Notes: generated by a model not told the origin, from the letters alone. Counted from the first letter of the stretch, positions 1 to 9,760 are shown. The stretch: 64,000 nucleotides of DNA from an uncultured Nitrososphaerota archaeon (GCA_963718895.1 CAVRAG010000008.1:1472001-1536000); one strand, 5' to 3'. A program made the numbers and translations.

Positions 1-174
1 CCGATACTTCCTCAGCATATCGATGAAGTCGAGCGGCTTGCCGAAGGCCTCCCCGCCCGGGCCGCGAATCCGGACCTTGTCGTGCAGGTGCTCGAGCGCC
101 GCGTCGTAGCGCTGATTGTCGAGAGCCTGGATGTATGACAGCACTACCTCTCGCGGACCGGTCCCGGTCGACAT
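1..174 (-). CDS. SnoaL/NTF2-like protein, truncated by window start
   Basis: Manual translation MSTGTGPREVVLSYIQALDNQRYDAALEHLHDKVRIRGPGGEAFG shows the NTF2-like N-terminal pattern. Confidence 0.6.
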   Translation of the reverse strand, partial: MSTGTGPREVVLSYIQALDNQRYDAALEHLHDKVRIRGPGGEAFGKPLDFIDMLRKYR

Positions 175-219
175 GTTGGTTCTACGGTCGCACAGGAGCG
201 CAAAAACATTGCGGTGAAT

Positions 220-243
220 GGTTCATTGCGCCTCCGCCTGGGC
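220..243 (+). repeat. Cassette-boundary repeat (core only)
   Basis: GGTTCATTGCGCCTCCGCCTGGG. Confidence 0.8.
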
Positions 244-253
244 GCGACGGGCA

Positions 254-976
254 TCAGACGGCCACAATCAGAGCTATCCCGAGTGCCGTCAGAAGGCCGA
301 AGACGAGCAGCGGCAGACCAAGCACGTATCCCAGCGTCCTGTTCCTGAGCAGAGAGACACCGGACAGAATGAAGGCTGGGAGATACAGTCCCATGTCCAG
401 TACGTGAATCGGGTTGACCGGCAGCCCGGCCTGAGTCACGCTTGATGGCACTGTCCCGTTGAGGAGCGCGGGTATGTCTTCGCTCAACCAGAGGAAGTAG
501 AAAGAGACGCCGAGGAGTACGAGAACCAGACCCAACGCAATCCTGGACCTGGTCCCAATCGTGGACCTCTCCCTCACCCTCTCAAAGTCGACGCGGACGA
601 CCCCGCCCAGGAAGGTGTACACGAGCAGGCCCAGCGCCGCCACGTAGAGCAAGAAGAGGTCGTTGAAGGATGAGGCGAAGGCGTAGATGACGAAAGCGTA
701 GATGAGGAAGAGCAGCACTCCAGCCCATACTTGAAAGCCTCTCACGGACCTTCTGACCGTGAGATACGCTGCAACGAGGAGGATGACGACGGCAACGACG
801 TTCGCCACGTCCTGTGCCCGGGCCTGCATCGCCCAGTTGGACGTGTCTCTGGCATAGGTGCTGGCCACGAAAATCCCCGAGGCGCTGGACACCAAGGTCA
901 GAATCGAAATCAGGACCGTGGACCACAGGTAGATCTCTGGCACGGCGAACCCATCGCTTTGAGCTTCGGCCTTCAT
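254..976 (-). CDS. Multi-pass membrane protein, unknown function
   Basis: About 7 hydrophobic segments; likely start MKAEAQ at 976 inside track ORF 254..1162. Confidence 0.7.
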   Translation of the reverse strand: MKAEAQSDGFAVPEIYLWSTVLISILTLVSSASGIFVASTYARDTSNWAMQARAQDVANVVAVVILLVAAYLTVRRSVRGFQVWAGVLLFLIYAFVIYAFASSFNDLFLLYVAALGLLVYTFLGGVVRVDFERVRERSTIGTRSRIALGLVLVLLGVSFYFLWLSEDIPALLNGTVPSSVTQAGLPVNPIHVLDMGLYLPAFILSGVSLLRNRTLGYVLGLPLLVFGLLTALGIALIVAV

Positions 977-1564
977 CTCGGTAGGCGGCCGAGAGTGGTG
1001 TGCTATAAGTCCGGACAGGGTCATTCTTCCCCTCAGAGGCACTCGGGCCAAGATCGAAGATATTCCTTGGTTGACGATGGTGTTTATGGCTAAACATCGC
1101 TGTGTAAGCTCCAACCTGAGACCGGAAAGATGTCGAACCTTCAGAATGCATGGGAATCGCAATCCGGATTACTGCGAATCACCCGGACGCGCCCTGTTGG
1201 CGCGATCTTGGTAGGATGAAACCAGGCGCCCGGTCCAGCTGGGAACCGAGGCGACCAGATAGGCGGTCGACCTGAGCGTCCGATAGAATGGTCGGCCCCC
1301 GCTCACCACAGCATAGAGAAACGCTTCCGAAATAGGGGAGTATTGAGATCGCAAGCGCCGGAGCAGCTAGGATGCTGACGCCCACGTCGCTGGTTCTGAC
1401 CGACCTGGTCGTGATACTCGTCTTGGGCTCGGTTTGCTTCATTCCGTTCACGCCCTTTGTCCGGGGGTTCGGCGGGCATAGCGTTCATTGCGCCCTGCCG
1501 GATCGAGTCTGTGCTTCACGAACGACCGTGGAGCTCATTAACCTTCGACGTCCCTAGGACAGCC

Positions 1565-2344
1565 ATGCAGCAGAAGTACACGACCGACATGTACGAAGGG
1601 ATGCTGGCGGAGACCGTGACGATTCGCGGTCATGGAGACGAGACGATCAACGCTTACTTCGCGCGCCCTCTCGGCCCCGGGCCGTTCCCCGGCGTGGTGC
1701 TGATCCACCACGCGCCAGGATGGGATGAGTTGTACAGGGAATTCACACGTAGGTTCGCCCACCGTGGGTATCTTGCAATCTCTCCGAACATCTACTTCAG
1801 GGTGGGGCACGGCTCCCCCGAAGATGTGGCCGCGATGGTCCGCTCGGCCGGAGGGCTGCCGGACGACCAGGTCGTCGGGGACGCGGTGGGCGCTGCGGCC
1901 TATCTCAGGTCCCTGCCCCAGAGCAACGGGAAGGTCGGAGGGTTCGGGACCTGCTCTGGTGGACGGCACGTGTACCTGGTTGCCTGCAGGACGAAGGCAT
2001 TTGACGCAATCGTGGACTGCTGGGGCGGCAGAGTAGTGATGACACCACAGGAACTCAATCCCAAGATGCCGGTCGCGCCGATTGTGTACACCAAGGATTT
2101 GGCCTGCCCCGTCCTCGGACTCTTCGGGAAAGACGACCAGTCACCCAGCCCTGAGCAGGTGGCGAAACAGGAGGAGGAGCTGAAGAAGTACGGGAAGTCC
2201 TATGAGTTCCACATGTACGATGGGGCGGGTCACGGCTTCTTCTACTATGACAGGGCAGCCTACAGGCAGGAGCAAGCCGTCGACGGGTGGAAGAAGGTCT
2301 TCGCGTTCTTCGAGAAGAACCTCGGGGCGGCGGGCTCGCGTTAG
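1565..2344 (+). CDS. Dienelactone hydrolase family protein
   Basis: PGVVLIH, nucleophile motif GTCSGG, GAGHGF catalytic His. Confidence 0.9.
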   Translation: MQQKYTTDMYEGMLAETVTIRGHGDETINAYFARPLGPGPFPGVVLIHHAPGWDELYREFTRRFAHRGYLAISPNIYFRVGHGSPEDVAAMVRSAGGLPDDQVVGDAVGAAAYLRSLPQSNGKVGGFGTCSGGRHVYLVACRTKAFDAIVDCWGGRVVMTPQELNPKMPVAPIVYTKDLACPVLGLFGKDDQSPSPEQVAKQEEELKKYGKSYEFHMYDGAGHGFFYYDRAAYRQEQAVDGWKKVFAFFEKNLGAAGSR

Positions 2345-2358
2345 GAGGGCGAGAGACC

Positions 2359-2649
2359 GTGTGTACAGGCAAAGTCGAGACGGCACAGGCATCGGGCAGC
2401 GGCAAGGGGACAGAGGGCTGGTTCAAGCTTGAGAAACTCAGCGTAACCTACGACTGCTCGTATCATACGTCCATGGCGCAAGCCATCAATGTTGAACTGT
2501 TCAGCGAGACTGAGGGACCCTCTGCACGGGTTGCCGTAGAGTTGGCCCCGACTTCGGCGATGGAGCTGGTCCGCGCCATCCTTGCTTCGCTTGCCAAGGC
2601 CGGTCTCGACCCCGGAGAGGTCGCCCTGGGGGCCACTGCTACCCCGTGA
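2359..2649 (+). CDS. DUF6295-like protein
   Basis: GTG start MCTGKV..GSGKG..GWF..ARVAVEL; directly downstream of the hydrolase. Confidence 0.65.
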   Translation: MCTGKVETAQASGSGKGTEGWFKLEKLSVTYDCSYHTSMAQAINVELFSETEGPSARVAVELAPTSAMELVRAILASLAKAGLDPGEVALGATATP

Positions 2650-2685
2650 GAGCGCAGCACGAGGTTCTGGGATGTGTTCTGAGCC

Positions 2686-2727
2686 GATTGCACATCCGCC
2701 GGTCCACTTCATCCACATGATTAGCTA
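2686..2727 (+). repeat. Cassette-boundary repeat (degenerate)
   Basis: GATTGCACATCCGCCGGTCCACTTCATCCACATGATTAGCTA. Confidence 0.65.
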
Positions 2728-2801
2728 ACGGAGAGCGTTCACCGACGCGGTGCGATAGGTGAATCGGCATGACCATGATTTTACGCCTGCTGCCTCCGCT
2801 G

Positions 2802-3647
2802 CTAGTCGACGTTGAAGTACCAGAATACCGCGCCGTTGTTCGATGACCCGTGGGCATTACCCCCGCGGGCGGCGTGTACCGACACGATTACCGGGACCGC
2901 CGCGGTCCAGGAGTAGCCCACGGTGCCCTGCTGACCGCTGCAGGTTATCTGCACGACCGAGGACTGGGGGTTTGGCGCCTCGAAGGCGAGTGTGAGATTG
3001 TGAGATTGGGCGTCGACGGTCGCGATCACTGTGTAGGTGTAGTTCACGGCCTGACTCCCCTTGCAGAGTCCCGTTATCGAGTACCCGATGGTCCCCTCCC
3101 CGGTCACGACGGCAGACCCTTTGCTGACGTCGGCGATGAACTTACCAGAACCTTGTATTGTGGTGGTCGATCCTGAGGAACTCGAGTTCTGGGTGTAGCC
3201 GAAAGTGACGTTGTAGACGCCGAATTGGCTCGTGCTCGACGTACTCGTGGAAGTCGGGGTGCCGGAGGATGACGACTGGGTCGAACTCGGGACTGTGAAG
3301 GTCAAGCTGGAGCTCGAGGTGCTCGTTGCCAGCGACGAAGACGACTGGGTGGCTGTCTGGGATGAAGACTGGGATGAAATCTGCGACGAGCTCTGGCCGC
3401 TCGAGGACGAACTTCCCTGGCTGCTCGTTCCGCTCCCGCCCACCGAGACGCATGGCAGAGTTGTGGTGGTGGTCGTCGAGCCCAACGGGATTGTAAGGAC
3501 GGTCGAGCATGTCGTCGTCTGGGACGAGTTCTGGGAGGCCGTCACGAAGAGGAAGTACGCTGCTGCCGCAGCTGCGATCAGGAGGATTGCGATGAGGGCA
3601 ATCGCTATTGCCGTTATCCCTCTCCTGCCCTCGACTAACAAAATCAC
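2802..3647 (-). CDS. Membrane-anchored Ser/Thr-rich surface protein with class III-like signal peptide
   Basis: GRRG-ITAIAIALIAILL N-terminus, long S/T linker, beta-rich C-terminal domain. Confidence 0.7.
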   Translation of the reverse strand: MILLVEGRRGITAIAIALIAILLIAAAAAAYFLFVTASQNSSQTTTCSTVLTIPLGSTTTTTTLPCVSVGGSGTSSQGSSSSSGQSSSQISSQSSSQTATQSSSSLATSTSSSSLTFTVPSSTQSSSSGTPTSTSTSSTSQFGVYNVTFGYTQNSSSSGSTTTIQGSGKFIADVSKGSAVVTGEGTIGYSITGLCKGSQAVNYTYTVIATVDAQSHNLTLAFEAPNPQSSVVQITCSGQQGTVGYSWTAAVPVIVSVHAARGGNAHGSSNNGAVFWYFNVD

Positions 3648-3978
3648 GTAGTCGGCATATCCAGCCCACTCCAGGGAAATAAGTCTTTGATTCCCGGCGT
3701 CGGTTTTTCAGGGGTGAACGGAACCCCAGGAGGCCTCCAGGAGGACGAGATGACTGTCTCCTTCGCCTCGATGAGCGGGTCGGCCTTCTCGAGATGGACC
3801 AGGATTCGTCTCTCATTGCCAGCCGTGCACCCTCTCGGTCCCCATGATTCGATCATGATCTCTGCTGTAGCATGTATCTCAGCCTTCTACGCGGTCCATG
3901 GTTTTGGGAGGAGTCGGCGGTGCAATCGAATCGGTCTGAACCCGGGAGGTCCAGAATCTTCAGCCGATTGTCGTCCTA

Positions 3979-4032
3979 AGATGCCGAAGAAGACAAGTGC
4001 CATGTTAGGCTTCATCGCGCCTCCGTCGGGGA
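3979..4032 (+). repeat. Cassette-boundary repeat with partial long left arm
   Basis: AGATGCCGAAGAAGACAAGTGCCATGTTAGGCTTCATCGCGCCTCCGTCGGGG. Confidence 0.8.
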
Positions 4033-4446
4033 ATGATTCGGTACGGGAATGTACACGGCTTCCCGTCCTAAGGCGTTCTTGATGGTCGAGTCTGTCGTGA
4101 TGAGGATCGGTGCGGTGGCTTCTCTCGTGGCGAGGGCGAAGCAATCTGCGAGCGAAAGTTCTCTCTTCTTGACCTTCCAAAGGGCCGCCTGTCTTGTGAT
4201 CTGCACCTCGGGCGCGACGACCTTAATCCTGGAGCTGCGAACCTGAAGATACCAGACCTCGGCCGTTTCGACCCCCTTCTTCTCGGCAGTCTTGTAGTAG
4301 AACTCGGCGAGATTCACCTCAGAGACGAAACCGCGTGCCTTTCCTGAAAGGACCCTATCAAAGTAGGGCTTCACAGATGTCGCTCCAGCATAGTAAAGGG
4401 AAAGCGCCCCCGCGTCCAGCGCGTAGCTACGCGCGCTCAGACTCAA
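4012..4446 (-). CDS. vapC: VapC PIN-domain toxin (copy 1; copy 2 at 48938)
   Basis: YALDAGAL, EVNLAEF, LSLADCFALA, ITTD; its stop TGA lies inside the repeat core. Confidence 0.88.
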   Translation of the reverse strand: MSLSARSYALDAGALSLYYAGATSVKPYFDRVLSGKARGFVSEVNLAEFYYKTAEKKGVETAEVWYLQVRSSRIKVVAPEVQITRQAALWKVKKRELSLADCFALATREATAPILITTDSTIKNALGREAVYIPVPNHSPTEAR

Positions 4447-4660
4447 CTTCCTTTCTCCGATCCCTCGATATTTCGAGCGCAACCTCCAGCATCTCGTCTC
4501 CTCCTGCCCCAAAACTCTCTTCCATCGAAAGAGAGGGCTCGAGAAGAATTCGTCCTCCTTCATCTCTGATTATCACGGCGCGGCCGATCTTGAACTTCCT
4601 TCTGAGATACGCGGGGATGACCACCTGTCCCTTGGAAGACACGGGAACGACCTTTTCCAT
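4427..4660 (-). CDS. vapB: AbrB/MazE-type antitoxin
   Basis: VSSKGQVVIP..LRRKF; overlaps the PIN gene. Confidence 0.88.
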   Translation of the reverse strand: MEKVVPVSSKGQVVIPAYLRRKFKIGRAVIIRDEGGRILLEPSLSMEESFGAGGDEMLEVALEISRDRRKEVESERA

Positions 4661-4691
4661 GAAATCCGAGAAAGTAGGGCTTGTTTAAGTG

Positions 4692-4733
4692 TTTTACTTC
4701 CGTAGAGTTTTACTTCTAGAGCGATTTTACTTC
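4692..4733. promoter_or_regulatory. Putative TA operator: three direct TTTTACTTC repeats
   Basis: TTTTACTTC at 4692, 4708 and 4725 beside TTTAAG upstream of the antitoxin; largely conserved in copy 2 at ~49618-49658. Confidence 0.55.
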
Positions 4734-4754
4734 CAGAGTCCGGTTCGAGAGGGT

Positions 4755-5273
4755 TCATTGCGCCTGATGATCAGCTAAATTCTGAACTAACTCCCTGGAG
4801 AGCAAACATGTCTGCTCGAGCGTCAAACTCGATATGCTCTTGTCCAAGTCGGGAGACCCCTTCACAGCTGTCTGAAGTTCGAATCGGTCTCCCCCTGTTA
4901 TCACGCTCCAAGAGCTTTCTGGGTTCGAAATTCGTCCATACATGTTTGCGAGGGCGATGAACCTGTTTCTCACCGCACGCGAGTAGGTTTCGTTCTCCAT
5001 CAGCGCCAGGAGTCCGATGCCTGTCTGAGTTGATTCGCAGAGATACTTGAGAGCGGCAATCACGGCAAGGGGCTTCTCTCCCCTGAGGCCGAAACGTGCC
5101 TGCGACGACAGCATCTCGATGAAACGTCTGACATTATCTTCTGCAGCAGCAGGATCCATCCTGAGATCATTCGGACCTGCGCCCTGAACCCGTATCGTCG
5201 TGTTGCATCTGGGGCAGATGAGTTGGGCAGAATAAGCTTTCATTCGCGAGCCGCAGGACGGGCAGAAGTTCAA
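4755..5273 (-). CDS. Zinc-ribbon hypothetical protein
   Basis: FCPSCG..CPRCN N-terminus; stop codon supplied by the repeat core. Confidence 0.65.
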   Translation of the reverse strand: MNFCPSCGSRMKAYSAQLICPRCNTTIRVQGAGPNDLRMDPAAAEDNVRRFIEMLSSQARFGLRGEKPLAVIAALKYLCESTQTGIGLLALMENETYSRAVRNRFIALANMYGRISNPESSWSVITGGDRFELQTAVKGSPDLDKSISSLTLEQTCLLSRELVQNLADHQAQ

Positions 5274-5443
5274 GGGCTTGAATCACTGTCTCCTGCCGTC
5301 CATAAATGATTTTTCTACATGCGCGCGAGACTCAGGGCCTCTAGCCATTTCTTGCTCTTGCACCTCCATAGAAGGTGTTGTGCCCTGCCAGGGTGTTCGT
5401 TGCGCCTCAGCCGCGACTCTTCATCAACGCGGGTTGGAGATGG

Positions 5444-5863
5444 TCAGGCTCCGAGCCACACCGTTTCGGGAAGGGCCTTGAAATGCTCGTCACCCGTGAC
5501 GACTCTCGCCTTGTTCCTCTTTGCCGATGCAAGGACGATTCCATCAAAAAGACTGGGTTTTCTCAGGCCTGAAGAGGAAGCCCTCCTGTCGAGCTTGACG
5601 GTGGCCTTGGCCGCCTCTAGGGCTAGGTCGGCATCGATGCAAACGATCTCTGAAGTCTCGAGTATTGTGGCCAGCCGCTTCCGGACGGTCGACTCGGCTG
5701 CACCTTCGCGAACATACTTCCTCGCCACCTCGGCAAGGACGGTGCCAGGCGTCAGCACATTTTCGGCATCTTCGATGACTCTCTTGGCCCTCTGCCCTGT
5801 CTCACTGCCCAGGAAGACCTCTATCCAGGCATAGGCGTCAACTACGATCTTCGTCACGATCAT
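5444..5863 (-). CDS. vapC: VapC PIN-domain toxin
   Basis: VVDAYAWIE, VLAEV, SLFDGIVLA, VTGDEHF. Confidence 0.9.
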   Translation of the reverse strand: MIVTKIVVDAYAWIEVFLGSETGQRAKRVIEDAENVLTPGTVLAEVARKYVREGAAESTVRKRLATILETSEIVCIDADLALEAAKATVKLDRRASSSGLRKPSLFDGIVLASAKRNKARVVTGDEHFKALPETVWLGA

Positions 5864-6044
5864 CCTCTGTGAAGGGAGTCACCTTTCCGCTGTCCGCGCC
5901 GAACGCCTCCTCGAGGAGCGCCTTGCGGTGCCGCACGACCAGCATTCGTATGGTCTCCTCCAGGGTTCTGGCGTGTATACCCTTCTGCAGCGCTGCCAGC
6001 TCGCGAGCTGTGTCCTTAGAGACTTTTACGGTGGTCGCATCCAT
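5838..6044 (-). CDS. vapB: VapB-type antitoxin (RHH-like)
   Basis: TTVKVSKDTAREL..TLEETIR; overlaps the toxin start. Confidence 0.8.
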   Translation of the reverse strand: MDATTVKVSKDTARELAALQKGIHARTLEETIRMLVVRHRKALLEEAFGADSGKVTPFTEDDRDEDRS

Positions 6045-6177
6045 GCTGAGTATACAGTATACTGGAATATTAAAGCATCCCTGGCTCAAGCGCGTAGGGA
6101 TTCACATAGCGTGTTCGGCGGACTTCCTGAGCAAATCCGTATTACATTTATATACATCTTGGCGTCATACAAATCCA

Positions 6178-6435
6178 ATGCCGGTGGTGACGGTTCGCGT
6201 ACCCGAGGCGCACAAGCGGAAGATGGACGAGCTAAGAGAAGTCAACTGGAGCGAGGTGATCCGGAGAGCGATAGAGGCGAAGATCGAGGAGGAAGAGACG
6301 TGGCACCGTATCGACGCCGCCAGGCTGAGGAAGGCAGGGACCTCGACCGACGAATTGAGGCGGAAGGTCGAAGGGTGGGATAGCCTCTCAGAGATAAGGA
6401 AGTGGCGCAGGTCTCATGGTGACAGTGGTAGCTGA
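6178..6435 (+). CDS. vapB: VapB antitoxin (RHH)
   Basis: MPVVTVRVPE..VNWSEVIRRAI; TTTATA upstream at ~6147. Confidence 0.85.
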   Translation: MPVVTVRVPEAHKRKMDELREVNWSEVIRRAIEAKIEEEETWHRIDAARLRKAGTSTDELRRKVEGWDSLSEIRKWRRSHGDSGS

Positions 6436-6877
6436 CGCCTCGGTCATAGTGAAGTGGTTCGTCGAAGAAGACCACTCGGAGACCTCATTGCGGATGAGAG
6501 ACGACTATGTCGCCCAGAGGACCACGATCATCGTTCCCGCCGTCGCTCAGTTCGAGGTGCTGAACGCCCTTCGCTACTCTGGAGGTTTTGGTACGGATGA
6601 CCTGCTCGAAGTGGCCCGGACGCTCGACGGCTATCAGTTCATGGAGGTCATGCTGCACGGCGACTATTCGGGGAAGGCCGTCAAGATTGCCATGGACCTG
6701 GGCATAACGGTGTACGATGCATCCTACCTTGCGCTGGGAGAGGTACGCGGAATCGATGTGTTCACCGCCGACGAGGAACTCCTCAAAAAGGCCCGGAAGA
6801 AGCTAGCTTTCGTGCGGCATGTGAAAGATTACACCTTTCCTAAAACAGACGGCGAAGAGAACAGCACATCCCCATAG
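6416..6877 (+). CDS. vapC: VapC PIN-domain toxin
   Basis: VADASVIVKWF, EVLNAL, TVYDASYLAL, TADEEL. Confidence 0.92.
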   Translation: MVTVVADASVIVKWFVEEDHSETSLRMRDDYVAQRTTIIVPAVAQFEVLNALRYSGGFGTDDLLEVARTLDGYQFMEVMLHGDYSGKAVKIAMDLGITVYDASYLALGEVRGIDVFTADEELLKKARKKLAFVRHVKDYTFPKTDGEENSTSP

Positions 6878-6901
6878 AGTCGTCAGGATGATTTAATCCC
6901 T

Positions 6902-6942
6902 GGGGTTTATTGCGCCTCCGCCGGGAATCTCATCCAGCGGTT
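6902..6942 (+). repeat. Cassette-boundary repeat
   Basis: GGGGTTTATTGCGCCTCCGCCGGGAATCTCATCCAGCGGTT. Confidence 0.8.
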
Positions 6943-7080
6943 AGTGAGAGCGATACAAGTCGGTCTGACCGTATTCAGGTTGCGAACGGCGGACTACAGG
7001 AATCTCCGGCCCGAGCGGGGAAGCTCGGGTTCAGCTCGTCGGCGCTTCAACTCGCTCACTCGCCAATTGGGCTACCAGCG

Positions 7081-7578
7081 TCATTCTTGCCGTCTTTTGC
7101 GGGCGAACGCTCGAAGCATCGGGATGTCTTCCTGGAAGGCCTTCGCCAGCGTCTCCCTCAGCTTATCCGCGACCGCCTTCGGGGCACGCACGTAGACGTC
7201 GATTCCGGTCTTGTTCCCTTTGGGGGTGTAGAGGAAGACCATCTTCAAGCCTGCATAGGCTCCCTCGAACTCCTCGCTGATGCGGGCCAAGGGAGGAATG
7301 GTCGTGATCCGTGCTTTCATCTTCATCCATCGCCCTCCCCTCACCACTTCGCAGGTCGCCTCGTCGGTTATTTCGTTCACTTCCTTCCACTTCATGTTTC
7401 GCAGACTCCCGCGGTGGGCCCGAGGGTGGAACTCGTTGTCGTTCATGATGAAATCCCAGACGACGTCGATCGGGGCATCGTATACGCTTCCTTTGTCCTC
7501 GAAGTATACGAAGTCCGCGGAGTCCCCAGCCTTTGTGGAACGGGTAGGCATGGTTGGCATCATAATCGTGTACGACAA
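7081..7578 (-). CDS. SRPBCC/START-like hypothetical protein
   Basis: YDAPIDVVWDF motif. Confidence 0.55.
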   Translation of the reverse strand: MSYTIMMPTMPTRSTKAGDSADFVYFEDKGSVYDAPIDVVWDFIMNDNEFHPRAHRGSLRNMKWKEVNEITDEATCEVVRGGRWMKMKARITTIPPLARISEEFEGAYAGLKMVFLYTPKGNKTGIDVYVRAPKAVADKLRETLAKAFQEDIPMLRAFARKRRQE

Positions 7579-7612
7579 ATAAAGGGTGTGACAGATTGGT
7601 CGGCAATCAGTT

Positions 7613-7669
7613 GCCGTGCATAGGGTTCGTTGTGTCTCCGCCGGGCCATTTCATCCACATGTTGGGCTC
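7613..7669 (+). repeat. Cassette-boundary repeat (full length)
   Basis: GCCGTGCATAGGGTTCGTTGTGTCTCCGCCGGGCCATTTCATCCACATGTTGGGCT. Confidence 0.9.
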
Positions 7670-7694
7670 AGTCAGTGGACTTGAAATGTCGTCT

Positions 7695-7958
7695 TCACGT
7701 CCGGTAGACGCGGTCATGGTGTTCATAGTCCTCGAGGACTATTGTCTTCCTCGCCTCGTCGATCGAAAAGAGTAAGACATAGCTGCCGATGTGGACCCTC
7801 CTCAGTCCAGCGAGCGGGAAGCGGAGCGGCTTGTACGCGTGTGGATCTTCGGCTATCTCCTGAACCTTCTTCGCGACCGCTTCCATCTGCCTAGAGTCTT
7901 TCTTGGTCAGCTTCCTGAACGCCTTATCGAGATGCTCCCTGATCTCGATGTCGTACAT
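7695..7958 (-). CDS. relE: RelE/ParE/StbE family toxin
   Basis: KPLRFPLAGLRRVHIGSYVLLFSID..HHDRVY. Confidence 0.88.
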   Translation of the reverse strand: MYDIEIREHLDKAFRKLTKKDSRQMEAVAKKVQEIAEDPHAYKPLRFPLAGLRRVHIGSYVLLFSIDEARKTIVLEDYEHHDRVYRT

Positions 7959-8201
7959 TCACTTCAGTCCGTATCTCTTCCGCAGGTCGGGGGCGCGTCC
8001 GAGCCTGATTATCGGCTCTTTCTGGACTTCCAGGAGCTTGCGGATGTATTCCGGTCTGAACTCGGATTCCAGGACGATCTCCCTGTACTCTTTGGCGAGC
8101 TTGTTGATGGCCTGTGACTTGTCTCTTAAGCCGTATTGGGCCTTTAGGATGTTGATGACCCTATTTGCCTCATCGTCGATGTCGACGATCGCCTTGACCA
8201 T
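7959..8201 (-). CDS. DUF2683-family antitoxin
   Basis: MVKAIVDIDDEANRVINILKAQYGLRDKSQAI; immediately upstream of relE. Confidence 0.75.
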   Translation of the reverse strand: MVKAIVDIDDEANRVINILKAQYGLRDKSQAINKLAKEYREIVLESEFRPEYIRKLLEVQKEPIIRLGRAPDLRKRYGLK

Positions 8202-8446
8202 ATTAATATGGCATTAATACGCCATTATTTAGAGCTACCGTCAGGGAGAGACGCGCCATCCACCGGTCGACCGTCATGCTAAGGTTCACTGCGCCTCCGC
8301 TGGAGGCTCCTCGATCTCTCCGGATAGAGTAAGGCAAATCGCAGAAGATTCTCGGGTTCGGAGGCCAGCCTGACAAATCTTCCTGATGTATTGCTGAAAT
8401 AATCTTAATCTCCTCCTATCAATATCGCGCTTTCATACTATGTCTC

Positions 8447-8716
8447 ATGGAATCTCGAAGCAGATTCGACGTTGTGACCGGAATCCTGCTCGCGACGAAG
8501 GATGGAGCCTCGAAGGCAAGGATAACCAGCGAGAGCTCCCTCGCGCCATCCTTGGTCGAGCAGTGCCTGTTCTTCCTGCGGCTTTCGGACCTCATCAAGA
8601 AGGAGGAGGGAAGCGAGCTGTTCAGGCCGACCGAGAAAGGCAGCAATCTGATCAGTGACTATGAGCGCATCGACCGGACGATGGAAGGACGGTTAGTCCA
8701 GCCGTTGACGAGCTGA
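8447..8716 (+). CDS. Small winged-helix transcriptional regulator
   Basis: RSRFDVVTGIL..GASKARI..FRPTEKG, typical archaeal wHTH. Confidence 0.75.
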   Translation: MESRSRFDVVTGILLATKDGASKARITSESSLAPSLVEQCLFFLRLSDLIKKEEGSELFRPTEKGSNLISDYERIDRTMEGRLVQPLTS

Positions 8717-8801
8717 GAAGAGACCGATTTCGCTGCGCAGGAGGACTCGTTGCGTCCGGCACAATCAGCCTGCAGAGTCCTTGCGCCTCCGCCCAGGTAT
8801 T

Positions 8802-9203
8802 TCATCCATATGTTGGCTGCTTGCGTCTCAGCTTGCCGACAATGATCACAGCCAGTCCGGCTATTGCTACCAAGAAACCTCCATAGAATGGAAAGTAGTA
8901 GCCAGTCAGATTGCAAACCTCCATGCATAGGGTTTGGGTCAGAACCAGGAACGATCCGAAGGATACCAACAGTCCAATCGACACCGTCGTCCATCCAGCA
9001 TCCACGAAGAGGTTGGAGCGCGCGTTTGGAGTCCTCCACCTCTGAAGAACGCCAACACAGGTAAAGAGCCCGCCTCCCAGAACTCCCAGCACCCCGAAAT
9101 TGGCCAGAGCCAGGTCTTCATTCAGCGGACTGGCGTAGTAGTACAGGACCAACGCGACCGCTCCGAGCGTGACGAGTACCAAGCCCAGCCGGGAGAAGTT
9201 CAT
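8802..9203 (-). CDS. Four-TM membrane protein
   Basis: Four hydrophobic segments; its stop TGA lies in the repeat right arm. Confidence 0.65.
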   Translation of the reverse strand: MNFSRLGLVLVTLGAVALVLYYYASPLNEDLALANFGVLGVLGGGLFTCVGVLQRWRTPNARSNLFVDAGWTTVSIGLLVSFGSFLVLTQTLCMEVCNLTGYYFPFYGGFLVAIAGLAVIIVGKLRRKQPTYG

Positions 9204-9247
9204 CGTTCCAACCTCACAGAATCGAGAATCTTCTCATCCTAAATGCG

Positions 9248-9338
9248 TTTGTCCGAATGCAAATGACCGTAGCCTCCAGCCATTGGCTTCTAACCAATGG
9301 AAGAGATGTCTTGCCATGTATAGGGTTCATTGCGCCTC
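9248..9338 (+). repeat. Cassette-boundary repeat with long left arm
   Basis: TTTGTCCGAA..AGCCTCCAGCCATT..TTGCCATGTATAGGGTTCATTGCGCCTC. Confidence 0.75.
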
Positions 9339-9364
9339 GTTGAGCACTCTTGTCATCAACTGCA

Positions 9365-9544
9365 TCATTCCTTCTTCTGCTTGCTTCCGATCTCAACCAT
9401 CTGGAACTGGCACTGGTACTTCTTTCCGTTGAGATCCAATTTTTGGGTAGCCCAGTAGCCGACTGATCCAGTGCTGAACTTCTTCTCGGGGAGACCGATG
9501 TCGGCGATCTTTTGCGATCCTTCATAGAGTTCGATGCGTGGCAT
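9365..9544 (-). CDS. Small conserved-looking hypothetical protein (59 aa)
   Basis: KKFSTGSVGYW..GKKYQCQFQMVEIGSK; fills the cassette between two repeats. Confidence 0.6.
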   Translation of the reverse strand: MPRIELYEGSQKIADIGLPEKKFSTGSVGYWATQKLDLNGKKYQCQFQMVEIGSKQKKE

Positions 9545-9760
9545 GAGCGCCAACGCACCGTCAGGCGTAGTTAAGACTGCCCTCGGGGCCAACTGCATTC
9601 CCGATGAGCTGTTATTGCGCCTCCGCCGGTCCATTTCATCCATGCGTTGGACAATTCTACACCGGCGATCGTTCTGCATACGGATGCGTCTGGCCGACTT
9701 ATGGGAATGCCGCGTTCAGAGCGAAGAGAGCGAGGAAGGGCGCGGACGTCGCCGCGCCCT

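Noticed and set aside
1000-1480. Possible gene in this interval; likewise 3660-3975 and 46350-46610
   Set aside because: Only short overlapping ORFs with no recognisable motif; possibly remnants.
3232-3651. Acidic D/E/V/W-rich ORF on the plus strand
   Set aside because: Antisense shadow of the Ser/Thr-rich gene 2802..3647.
6092-6121. Very degenerate repeat copies here and at ~11660-11720, ~15252-15298, ~59986 and ~62361
   Set aside because: They sit at expected cassette junctions but are too diverged to call by eye, so they are excluded from the count.
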